DNA of 52,715 nt, filler included, from Sphacelaria rigidula (taxonomy: Eukaryota): NCBI GenBank assembly GCA_964200075.2. It is 3 parts of 3 records of this genome, joined end to end, with 100 filler letters (N's around TTAATTAATTAA, not from the genome) between each part and the next. Parts side by side here need not be neighbours in the genome. Positions count along the whole stretch, not along the records: positions 1 to 17,506 come from CAXNAA020001063.1; positions 17,607 to 35,112 come from CAXNAA020001064.1; 1 more part is not named here. The stretch is one strand, 5' to 3'. The notes under the pieces are model-generated. The model saw nothing but the letters and a program-made list of their open reading frames with translations. It ran no database searches and was not told where the DNA came from. The position numbers and the translations under genes were made by a program. Positions 12,895-23,862 of the stretch are shown piece after piece (position 1 is the first letter of the stretch; each line of letters starts with the position of its first letter).

Positions 12895-14540
12895 TTTGTA
12901 CCGAGGGGTGGGGGCAACCCGTCATCTACATCGGAGCGCTTCCTGTTCGAAGAAGCGATAGTTCGAGCGGTTGTCTTGATACCGCGGGTTGGCCGAGGGA
13001 TCCCTTCTCCGAGTCAACATGGTTGGTACACGCGGAGGCTTCTGGTTCTGACACGAATCAATTTAGTCGAAGTTCTGTTTGGTACATGCGGTTGCCGGTG
13101 TGCGACGCTGAAATCCGCTGCCTGGCATTTGCGTATCGGCGTCAATTATATCGCCCCTAGGATATATAACTATTTATTGCGTGCTGTCGGGGTCTTATCG
13201 CTCTTGCGCTGAGATCCGTGGAGCGATGTGGCCTGTTGCCGACGTTGTTGTGTTACCATCGGCAGCATACAGGCTTTGCCGATTGTCTACACTACCAGCT
13301 TTGGCATTTTGTTCGCGTTGATACCAACAAAGTTCATGTGAGAAAATGCTCTCACGCGCGACTACTTAGCGTACGTGAGCGCATCGCATTCAAGTCTTTG
13401 TTCATCTGCACTGGGTACGAAATTTTCGAATTCGCGTGCCGTCGGAGGTGCTGTTGTAAATCATGGATGAATTATGGCCCTTTTGTCTTGACACCGTACA
13501 CTTCCACTCGTCCCTACGTGGCCTAAGGGACCTTGAAGTGACCCTCGTGGGTAGGGCAGCAACTCAATTTTTGACATGTTACAAATAGCTTGAGATCACT
13601 AGATAGTACTTGAAACGCGGCCCGAGGGTGGCTTCATGAGCCTCCAAAGTCGTGCCGTAGGCCATCATTAAAGATGGGTAGCGTTGTGCGTGGTTCCAAT
13701 GCTTAGTCCATTGGGCAGTGTGGATGTTTCGTTGGTGGTTTTCAGATTGGCGGTGGAGAGGGTATGACCCTCGTTGACCCCGTGGCCATAGAACACCCGG
13801 GCACCGAGTGTATCGGTTGTAGGACACTTGCAACAGTTGATCGGTTTCAGCCATTACGCTTTTGTCGATTGCAAAAATGTGAAATTTTCCTGACGGTCAG
13901 CAAGATTTGATATTTGACGAGATTTGTATAGTACAGGACCTGCTAGAGCTAACTCTTGGTGCTGTGTGCACCGGCATCGTATTTGCCGGTACGTACTTGA
14001 CTTGCAGGAGTTGTACTCTAAGGCAGAGTTACATGCTGGACCGTCTATCGAGGCCCCTCCACATTTTGTGGCCTTTTCGGTCACCGTGTGCGCGCCGGAG
14101 TTTGAGCGTTTCGTATATGGTATGGTAAGGAAAAGCCATTCAGGCTTTATTGGTGCGAACCCTGTATTTTATGGCAGTGCGTCCATATCTTTCTACGCCG
14201 CACGTTGCCACGCGACACACACTCAGGGGAGCAGATAATGCTACAGCCGTTCCCCCAGAGATGGCCCCCTTGTGGGGTACCTCGCGTTGGAGTGGCTCGG
14301 AGAGGTTGCTGTTTCGAGCCGGGTATTTTCTTGAGTGAAAGCACACAAGAATTTTGCAACTACCGTAAATGCATCATTCTGTTTTCATTTTGTTTTGGTT
14401 TCGGAGATATCGAGAAAGTTGGATGTTTGTGCATTGAGTGTATAGTATTGCCGTCTGTATGTGGAAAATATTCAGCATCATTCGTGGAGGAGGGTTGCCG
14501 TGTTACTACATGGGACTGCTTGTTATGCGCAAGAAGTGGC

Positions 14541-14626
14541 TGATTGTTGATATTGTTGATTCATTGATTGTCGCACTTTAACTGACCCCCCAGGGGTCCA
14601 GCCGTGGTCTCGTGACGGACTTACCC
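14541..14626 (-). mobile_element. Family B copy
   Basis: Degenerate (GATT)n followed by GTCGCACTTTAACTGACCCCCCAGGGGTCCAGCCGTGGTCTCGTGACGGACTTACCC. Confidence 0.75.
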
Positions 14627-16290
14627 TATTGTCTGTCCTGTTTTCCTTGTTTCAGTAATTCATTGGTGTATACTTTTCCTTTTCAGCTGTCTTACCGTCT
14701 TCAAATATCATGTTGACGGATATAGTGTTAGTTCTTGAGGTGAAGCTCGTGGCATGGGCCATTTTTCCTTCTGTCGCATGCAAGTGTATCATGGTGTTTT
14801 GTACTTTTCACGAGCGTATCATGGCGTTTTGCTCCGTTGTGGTCGTTTTGTTGTGTCGTTCATTTGTGAGTTTGTCAGACTAGTGAGCATGCCCAGTCGA
14901 GAGTTCATGATGACTTTGAAAACGATTACCCCTGCACTACAGTGTTCAACATCGATACGGCACCGATTAAATACACGCGCGCGTTGACCCTTCATAGCCC
15001 GGGGCTCACGAACGGCCGAAAGCCCGTATTGTTGGCTGGATGTTACGATACTGGGGAGGAACACGCATCGTGCAGTACGGTACAATCCCGTATAGTACAT
15101 GACGAACGTGCGTGCAATATGCCCACTTGTGTGCGGGCCTCTCATGGATAGAGGTGACTTTCAGGATGGTGTCAGGGCAGCAGCGACTGGTGCCACGGTA
15201 GGGGTGCACTTCGATGGTCGAAATATGTCTGTTGCACGCTTAGGCTCAGATGCTTCTCGTTGGAATGCTTCTAAAGCTTGGAGCCTGATAAATATTCGTG
15301 TATCCCTACCATGGCACACGCCAGCGACACGTCTCGAGGGGGCGAGACTCACAAGTAAGGAGAGTATAAAAGTGTCTCGTGATTTCTCTGATCCGGCCAA
15401 AAAAAGCTTCCTTGGAGTATGGTTGTCGGATGAATCACGCGCAAACAATGATTAACTGGAATATGTCCCGGCCGGATCCATGTATTGGGGACTTATGTCA
15501 TGTCGTGCACGATGACAATGCTCCAGGCGTCTACCCCCAACCACAACGCTGCCAGTCGGTAGCTGAGGGGGTATATGCGGACGTGGGGAATTTGCCTTCG
15601 TTACGGGGTCACATAGTGGCTACGTGAGAGCACTATTTCGCTTTTTTTTCCGTCTGCTGATTGATGTTTCCTTGTTCTATATATGGGACGGTCTGGCTCC
15701 CCGAAAAAATGAGGGAATCGAAGGAAGCTGAGAACGTCAAAAAGGATTTTAACACTCGAATCAAGTGTTGAATAAAAGATCGCAGACGATTTGATGTTAT
15801 GATCACGCCATTTTATCTCCCAAAACCCGGAGGACCACCCCTAGGACAGTATGTTCATTGTGTTAGCGCCAACCAGCATGATTATCCACCGGCACCTCGG
15901 CACGCTTTCCCGAAGAGGAAACAGAAACGTTTGGTCACAAGCTGCTGCTTGGCGTAGCTTGCCTTCCAGATGCCGATATGATTGGTTGAGCGCCCGCCGT
16001 AAATATCAAGTCAGGAGCAGATGACACCATCGTGATGTAGTGCTATGAGATCCCGGATCATCATAAAATAGTTGATCCAGGATTTACAGTAGGAGTTTTA
16101 TGAATTTGACCACACTCGGTACCTCCGCCTTCAGTCGAACCGCCTGCGCAATGACATTACATCATGTGTTTTGTTCGGCAAATCGCAGGAGGAGTGAGCT
16201 GCATTTTGCGCTGAGACTGTGCGGCGCCAAGCGTTCTGATTGGATTGTATATGGATTACAGCCTCACATGAGCTGCTTCACTTCCCTGTG

Positions 16291-16352
16291 TCACCACTTC
16301 CAGAGAGAGCCACAGGTTATACTCACTGCCTCATGGGTCTCTCACCCTTGAA
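16291..16352 (-). repeat. Dispersed repeat family C copy
   Basis: The reverse complement reads TTCAAGGGTGAGAGACCCATGAGGCAGTGAGTATAACCTGTGGCTCTCTCTGGAAGTGGTGA. Confidence 0.72.
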
Positions 16353-17470
16353 ACGCCACGTCGTACGATCATCCCCTTTGCGCGAAGGTGCTTCACCTCG
16401 CACAATATAATGTACGGTGATCACCATCATGATTGCCGCAAAAGGTGCAAGCGAACAAACGATAACCTGGTTGCCTAGCATACGCAGTAAGTGGCGTGTT
16501 TGCAGCGTCGTTGCCACCCAACATCGACCTCTGAGAGGAAAACAGGGGCGGAGGCGGCGGGGAGTGGTACGAAAACTGAAAACCCGACCTGGTCATTTCG
16601 GGTGATGCCGTATGTCCCCGGTTTCCAGTTTTGGCAATTGTCATAATGATGGGATATCTAATGCACTGGTTGGGGTCTCTCAGTAGTATGAGTGCCAGGG
16701 GATACCATGGTGCCAACCCACTAAGCTCCCACGTGGGCAACATCACACAGACCTATAGCTATCCATCATGAACAATCACAGGGTAGGTTCATTCATGTAT
16801 ACTGCTGATCGGGAACTCACGTGTTTCATAGCGTCATGTTGTATCTACAAGCAGCTCTCTTACTCAGTATAGCCGCGGCGCAGCCATAGGAGCAGAGCGT
16901 AGTGATGGCCAAGAGTAGAGACCAAGGCAGACCAGTAACTGAGCGAGGTGGGTCGGCGACATGTAGCGACGCCGGAACAATCCTAACTAATGACAAGAAC
17001 AAACGCGATAACAACGCGTTACGGAAGTCAGGGTCTACGAGCGGACCCGCACAGCGTATATCTTGCAACGCCTCCGAGCTTCATCACACAATGTTCGTTG
17101 CATTTGCTATATTTCCCACCGTTTCGGTTTTGTTCCCTCAATTTCTTCCTTTCCTTACCTGCTGCTTTCTCCCTCTCTTCCTTTCCTTTCCTTCCCTTGT
17201 TATATCGTGATCGAGGGATTGTTTGACCCCCCAAACCGTGTGGCAGAGTACTTCTTGGCCAGGGAAAGCAAAGTGTACTTTCAGAAAACAAAAATGAAGT
17301 TACTACTTCCCCCCCCCCGCCCGACCCACTGGGGTACGTTGTAATGATGGACGCTTCGATCTTGCGCAGCAATACGACATAATTAGGCAGTGTGAGGCGT
17401 ATGGGGGCGTTGTACACCGCGTTGTTTCGGCTGTTGAAAGGTGGAGTGAAACATGGGGGAGTAACGGGCA

Positions 17471-17506
17471 GAGTCATCCTACGATAGGGGGGGGGGTATT
17501 TTGGGC
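17471..17506. mobile_element. Terminus of another copy of the same MITE, cut by the spacer
   Basis: GAGTCATCCTACGATA, a G-run, then TATTTTGGGC. This matches the reverse complement of 26728-26769. Confidence 0.7.
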
Positions 17507-17606
17507 NNNNNNNNNNNNNNNNNNNNNNNNNNNNNNNNNNNNNNNNNNNNTTAATTAATTAANNNNNNNNNNNNNNNNNNNNNNNNNNNNNNNNNNNNNN
17601 NNNNNN
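17507..17606. other. Artificial contig-joining spacer (44 N + TTAATTAATTAA + 44 N)
   Basis: Exactly 100 bp and symmetric, with a central 12-mer giving stops in all six frames. Identical to 35113-35212. Confidence 0.95.
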
Positions 17607-17754
17607 GTGATGGGGACAATATCTAAGGCTAAAAGTGGCGGGTGGCGGTTGCCACGTCCTGTTGGAAGATCTAGATCGCGACTGATACTGCTTGATACAT
17701 CTGTACATTGCCTGATGCGCACGACACCCGAATTATAGTACAGGCAGTTTGTAC

Positions 17755-17984
17755 CTGAAAATAGGTTGGATGAAACTGTCGGTCTTCATCAAACCCTGCC
17801 GTTACATACATTCGTTCATTTTTAGCAACATGAAGCCACTGTTTCATGTATATGCTGGACACTTCATTCCTAACCAGCCTCGTTGGTCGTACTAGAGGTC
17901 CAGTCCCAAGAGGGTTAAGGAGGTTTTCTTCGTAGTAGGTGGGTGCTATGGTGTGATAAACATGCTCCGAAAACTCCAACCCGC
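17755..17984 (-). CDS. Possible internal exon of an unidentified minus-strand gene, cut by the spacer
   Basis: A TAGCAG acceptor and CAG|GTAC donor flank an open frame with protein-like composition (GLEFSEHVYHTIAPTYYEENLL...QFHPTYFQ). No family recognised. Confidence 0.3.
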
Positions 17985-18742
17985 CTGCTAAACCATGAGT
18001 ACAGATTGCTACGCTTACGCTTGGGCACGTTAGAAAATGAAGGATGTGTTTCTGTCTGATTCATCTCCCACAGATCATGAGAGGGCCATCCACGCATACA
18101 ATTGCCATGATCCAGATGTTCTCGGGACAGTCAGGCAGAACTCTCGGAACAAAAGGCATCACCGTGCGCTCAAGGAGTCTGCCCTTCGACCGCGCAGCAG
18201 CATTTTCGAGTCTACGCGTATGTCAAGATGTGATACTTTCTCTGGTCTGAATTTTTGTATGCTCCTACTTCTTTCTACGGCAACTGTCTCAAACTCTCTT
18301 CGGGGTCACAAGGCTGATCTTTCGACCGCAAGGGTGGGTAATCGATCTGCTGAATCGGTATCATGTTCACCCGAAACAACCGAGAGATGCAGATGACCCA
18401 CCAGGGCGGCCGACAGGGTCAAGGGTTGACTCTTTGACTACCAGGAGTATCGGATCTTTGCTGAGGGACCAACCGTATGCAGAACTCAATACACAACTCA
18501 GGCTTTAGCGTAAAGGGGCTGGAATGGGCTGCTTCACGGTCAGGGGGTTGAGGTCTCGAATGGCAACATCGTGCGTATTCTCCGCACCCAGCATCATTCC
18601 TCCCATACCTGGCCTATCTCGCGCAGATCGAGGAAGGCTACACCCTCCCCCCTACCTATTCACCAGAAGATACATGTAAAAAGGGACTTGTGTCGTGCAT
18701 GGAAGGAGCGTAATGAGCACCCAAATATTGAAAGTGTCCCGC

Positions 18743-18806
18743 AAGGGATGCGTGGTCAATCGTCAAACGACAAAGGCAGTCATCGAATGAGTACGCCCCA
18801 CCCCCC
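18743..18806 (+). mobile_element. Family A, copy 4
   Basis: AAGGGATGCGTGGTCAATCGTCAAACGACAAAGGCAGTCATCGAATGAGTACGCCCCACCCCCC. Confidence 0.75.
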
Positions 18807-19032
18807 ACTCCTAAGGCCTTTGTAGGGGTGGACCCCCGATGGGCTTGGCGTCGGTTGGCGACGACGCTATGAATCGCGCCTCTCACAGCGTGAGCTAGGT
18901 AACCAGGTTACCGTTTTTTCCCCTTGGCGCTTGCGTCTTTTTCACGGTCATGATGGTAGTCGAGTTAGATCATTTTGTGCGGCTTGGGAGAACCTCAACT
19001 CCGCACAATGAGAATGATCGTACTAAGTAGTG

Positions 19033-19093
19033 TTCAAATGGTGAGACACCCATGAGGCAGTGTACGAGCCGTGGCTGCCTCTGGAAGTGGTGA
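19033..19093 (+). repeat. Dispersed repeat family C copy
   Basis: Core ACCCATGAGGCAGTGTACGAGCCGTGGCTGCCTCTGGAAGTGGTGA, also present at 35055-35112 (+) and 16291-16352 (-). Confidence 0.75.
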
Positions 19094-21283
19094 TACCAGA
19101 AAATGAAGCAACTCATTGTACAATAGGCTGTCATCCAAATGCAAGATTATCAGTAGGCTTCAGGCCGAACAATCTTAGCAGGATGCAGCTCACCCTTCGT
19201 GCGACTCGCCGAACACACCACGGCGCTTCGCGCTTGGTGGTTTGACTGCAAGCCTGGTCCGGCGAAAACCCGGCGTGCTCCGTCCCGGCTTCGTAAGGAT
19301 GCGAAGTCAATGGTATCATGACTATGGCATGCATGATCATCATGAGTACACCCCCACCCCTGCGGCGCAGTCACCTTGTACTTGAGAACTGTGGACATAT
19401 GTTCTATCACGCGCGATGTGGTGAGTTAAAACAACAAAAATGGAGGGGTGGAACACTCAATATATACTGCGTACGAGTACATGCAATTCGTAAGTCATGC
19501 TCCAACTTCGAGAGTGCTGCCGATCAACACGCCACACGAACGGGACTGTGTAGAGGGGCTTTCGGGGCACGGAATAGATGCGGTAGAGCAAAGGCGCCCA
19601 AGTTAAGGACAAAAAATACGAAGGGTATGGCCGTTGTTCACCCTTCGACCGCAAAAGTGTGTCGTGTGTTGCATCGGCGTCACTCTCACATGAAAAAATA
19701 GAGCATGGTCCAGATATCGTGCCTTGGCGATAAATGAGTTGACTTCTCGACCGCCCACGTACGTTCGACCGTCGAAATGGGCGGGCCAGCGTGAGCTTTC
19801 GAAAATGAGCGGCAGACTCAGGTGTCCAACTGCAGGCTTATCAAAGGGGAAGGGGTTCCAAGGTGCGATAGGGGACACAAAATCTAGGCGCTGTTCATGA
19901 GAAGAAAAGCTCACAGGAAAAACGGCGGAACGGGACAGATGTTTCCGTCCGGTTGCCTTCCGGTCCCTTTTCTGGTGTTTCCCTTTCCCGCCGTGTCCTC
20001 GCAGCGCGTTAGTTGCTGTTTCCCGTTGTACTTCACGGCATATTGGATTCCATTTCTCCGGGACGTCCCGTCGATGAAACAGAAATTCCTGTCCAATCCT
20101 ACGGTAGAAACAAAAGGTGTCTCGGCAGGCACTCAGATCTTGCCAGATGTGTGAGACGTAGCCTACGAAAAAAGGTGCGCAAAATAAAATAAAATGAGCG
20201 CTCCTTGAGTCATTCAGCAGTCATACTGTACTAGCACATAGAGTAGGTACTATAGTGGCTATATGCAGTATCATGGAGGGTCCTGCTCAGTTGCTCTCGT
20301 TTGTATGGATTTTCTCCCGTGTGACACGTCACGAACTGGTTTGTTGGCTGCTGCTTTGTCGCCGGTTGCTCTTGTCATGGCTCCTTTTGAACCGTTGCTA
20401 CCGTCTTTTGCATTTGCAAGAAATGGTGATGCTGGAATGTGTTCTAGAGGCACCGCCCGCACAAGGGTTCGGTCTCGACGGAGATGGGACGGGGAGATCT
20501 CACGGAATTGATTTGAGCGAAATTCGCTAATTTTCCTCGAGTTGGGTCCCAGCGAATTTTCAAGCTTTTGATGAAAAAGAAACAGTGAAATTCGCGAAAC
20601 GGTACATGGTCGCTTGTGTACAGTACAGACAGTCTGTACTGTCAGCACTGCTTGCATTCATCGTGTCTTGAGTGCGTGTGTACGTATTTCGTACAGTAGG
20701 ATGTAAAAGAGAAGCGGGCAACGTGAGGTACAGACAGCCAAGGACTATCCATTCTCTCCGCTTACCATGCGGCGTGAAAAGGACTTGGACAACGTGCAGC
20801 CTTGTACTGTCTGCACTGTCCATGGGCGTTCACGTAACTCGGTTGCCCACCGTACCACTCGGTTCCGTCGCTGATCTCCATCATGGCAGAGAATGCTCAA
20901 GTTTTCGCCTACAAAAAATAAACAAAGCATACCCAACTACGGCAGTGTATTTATCCCTTTGCTCAACTCGTGCTCTATGCTGCAGGGTTGCGGTGGTAGC
21001 TGAGAGTGACTTGCAACGAGTTTGAACGGTTTTGTGAACGGGTGGCATCTCACGTGGTGGCATGTACGATAGGAGTCGAGTGCCGCTTTGTGCCTTTCGA
21101 CTGCATGTTTTCGATCGAAAAAGCTTAGCTTTATAGTTTTCACCTTCTTCTCCGCGCGCCACTAATAATGAATATAGTTGAAGCCAACTAGGAACATGAA
21201 TGCGGTGGAATTATAAAATCCGCATAGAAAATCCACCGCACTCTTTCGATCGAAAAAAATGTATCGAGACACGCCCTCAGGCC

Positions 21284-21463
21284 CTGTCTCAGCACAATAG
21301 TTTTCGATCGACATTGTGCGGTGGAAAACAAAAATCCTGATCTATAGGTAGTAATTTCAACCATCGCCAAAACTTGTGAAGATGGTTAAAATCACGACCT
21401 ATCAGATTGGGATTTTTGTTTTCCACCACACTTTTTCGATCGAAAACCAATGTGCCAAGACAG
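21284..21463. repeat. Long inverted repeat (about 82-bp arms, 15-nt loop)
   Basis: 21284-21365 aligns to the reverse complement of 21381-21463 (roughly 80% by eye). Confidence 0.85.
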
Positions 21464-21885
21464 CGCATAAGACACTGCCTTATGGACGTCTTATAACGGT
21501 GAAAAATGGACATCACTTTCGGCATTTGGTTCAGTCTCTCAGCTCGGTTTTTAGATTTGTGCTTTGAAAACTGTTGTGGAGAATGGCAAGGGCGTACTGA
21601 TAACACTAAACGTCCGTAACTAGTGAAAAAAAATCCAAATCTTTCATGATTTTTTGGAATCACATGTCCTAGCGATTTCCCGCACAAAAGTCCGAAGCAC
21701 AAGTGTGCTAAAACTGGGCGGGTAAATGACGTGCAAAATACTGTTCCGACTCAACCGACTCAGTTCTAAACCGCCGATTTTCACTTCATTTTTGAGAGTT
21801 GGACTTTCAATTTGATATGGAGAGCCAACAGGGCATAAGAACAAAGTTAGCCTTTAAAAGTTGATATTTTCTGAAAACATATTAC

Positions 21886-21915
21886 GGGGGTCAGTTAAAG
21901 TGCATCAATCAATCA
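21886..21915 (+). repeat. Family B, short 3'-end fragment in the opposite orientation
   Basis: GGGGGTCAGTTAAAGTGCATCAATCAATCA. Confidence 0.55.
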
Positions 21916-22133
21916 GCTCAACGCCGGGCGCGGAGTCGTAGTCCAAAGTGTACTCAAAACTTGCACTTTTATCGTGGCATCTCTGGTTGCAGTGGGTGGA
22001 AGATGTCTTTTCGATCCTCCCAGCGCCCAGCGCTTGCGTTTTCCCATTTTTCAGTGGTATCTCACAGAATATGTATTTCTCCGACGATGAGCAGACGACA
22101 AACAACAAGAATCGAACAAGAAAAAGGGCGAGA

Positions 22134-22616
22134 TGTTGGCGATTCGGCACTGATTTTTGCAGAAAAATGAGGCTTGGCGGATTGTGCCATCCATCTGTCG
22201 AAAGACATGGGTCTGTGCACTCTTCGCGAGGATTTCGACTTCAGCGCACTTTCCCTGATTTTCGCGCGACCCGTGTGACTCTTTGTTAGACTGGCGAGTG
22301 ACGCAAATTACCGCGCTCGACAAAGATCTGGTTTATCTTCCAGTCAACTCAAGGACAATCGTAGAGATAAAACTTCGAGCGCAAAACGAAATGAACAAGC
22401 ACCCGTCATGTACACATGGTGATAACAAGAGTGAGAGAAACTGCCAGTCTGGCCAGGGATCAAACCGTGCGGGCGAGGGATCGGAAAATTTCGCTCGATT
22501 CTCGATTCCTCTCACAAGAGTAGGACTGACGAGGAGTAAGTCTTCCTAGACTTTCCGAGGTGGCACAATGCTCCCAGCTCTTCTTGCGGGGAAAAATCGG
22601 CGCCGAAACGCCAACA
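22134..22616. repeat. ~480-bp degenerate foldback
   Basis: 22134-22190 pairs with 22558-22616 and 22248-22295 pairs with 22445-22490. The inner hairpin is GCGCTCGA...TCGAGCGC. Confidence 0.65.
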
Positions 22617-23565
22617 AAAACAGGCATTTTCCGTACAAGTAGGAGTCTATTTTCTCTTTCCCCCTGGAGGACAAGAAGCTGCCCGACAACAGGAGTGGTA
22701 CGCACAGCTCGACTTTTATTGCGCGGGTGCAGGAAAAAAAAAAGAACAGGCGAGAGGAAATCCGTTTATTTTTCGGGCACTGGCGCGGTGCTGCACTGAC
22801 TTGGTGCAGCACCTTGCGGTTGTTCACGTTCATGCGGAGATTAAAATTTTGAAAGCTCCGCGCCCCTTGCTTGAAAAACTCAACAGTACTTACACGTGCA
22901 ATTCCAAGTGCGGGTAAAGTTTAAAACGGCGATTGTGATGGGAGTGAAAATGCAGCGGGGATGGTCTGATCATCCCTTGGCGGGAGCGTGACCTTATCGG
23001 GCTGTCGCCCCATTGTAGTCGAGATGATGTGGGATGAATGATGCCTGCAGCCTGGAAAATCCAAAAAATCAGCGTGGTTTCGTCGGGGTGATAATTCATG
23101 TGCTGTATGTACAACGCATACGCAGTAGATTTCTGAGTATCGCATATTGTTCCGATGCAAAACACAGTGAAAAAACGATATGGCATGCGTGCTAACATCA
23201 GTCACCATAGTGCACATGAAAAAAGCTAGAAATTCATTTGCAGGGCCTACTCCAACTACAGTCAGTGGAGTCAGTCGGTATGTGTATGAGAGACGTGTGA
23301 CGTGTGTGACACAGAGCGGCGGTGTGGTGTGGCAAGCGCTTTGCTCTGTGGTCCACATCTCCGTTCGAAAGCAACAGCCGACTTGGCAATTAGCTACTGG
23401 CAATCAATCCACGACTGAACGGACGATCATCAGAAAGCCCTTGAGTACAATACGATACATACGTTACGGTACATGATCTACATGAAGAACAGATGGAATG
23501 CTCCAACTCTCGCACAACACCCCAAACTTTGACTCGAGAATGCGATATGTGTAGAAGTACCTCAC

Positions 23566-23862
23566 CTTGATTTTTTTCGTCGAGCAGTGATCGCATGCCG
23601 TACGCAGCTTCGCAGCCGCATCTCCTCCTTCCTCTCCTCCTACTCCCACTCCACCGCCACTACTGCTACTTCCGCCGCCGCTACCGGCGGCCGTTTTACT
23701 ATGCCGGTCTTGCTGCCGCTGCATACCAAGCATCGCACCACAACCAATACCACCGCCTCCTTTTCCGGTCTGCTGCGTTAGAGAAGACGGAAGGAATCGA
23801 GTTACCACAGAATTGTTACTGACAAGGTCGTCATGATAAAGTGGAGCAGAAGAGCCTTGCAT
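23566..23862 (-). CDS. First exon of a putative fungal-type Zn(II)2Cys6 (GAL4-like) binuclear-cluster transcription factor; downstream exons not identified
   Basis: ATG at 23862, then a Gly/Ser-rich N-terminus, then KLRTACDHCSTKKIK followed immediately by a GTGAG donor (phase 0). This matches the first half of the C-x2-C-x6-C cluster signature. Confidence 0.65.

Noticed and set aside
22893..23051. Candidate second exon of the Zn-cluster gene
   Set aside because: It has good splice-like sites, but the translation (AAGIIHPTSS...) lacks the cysteines needed to complete the cluster.
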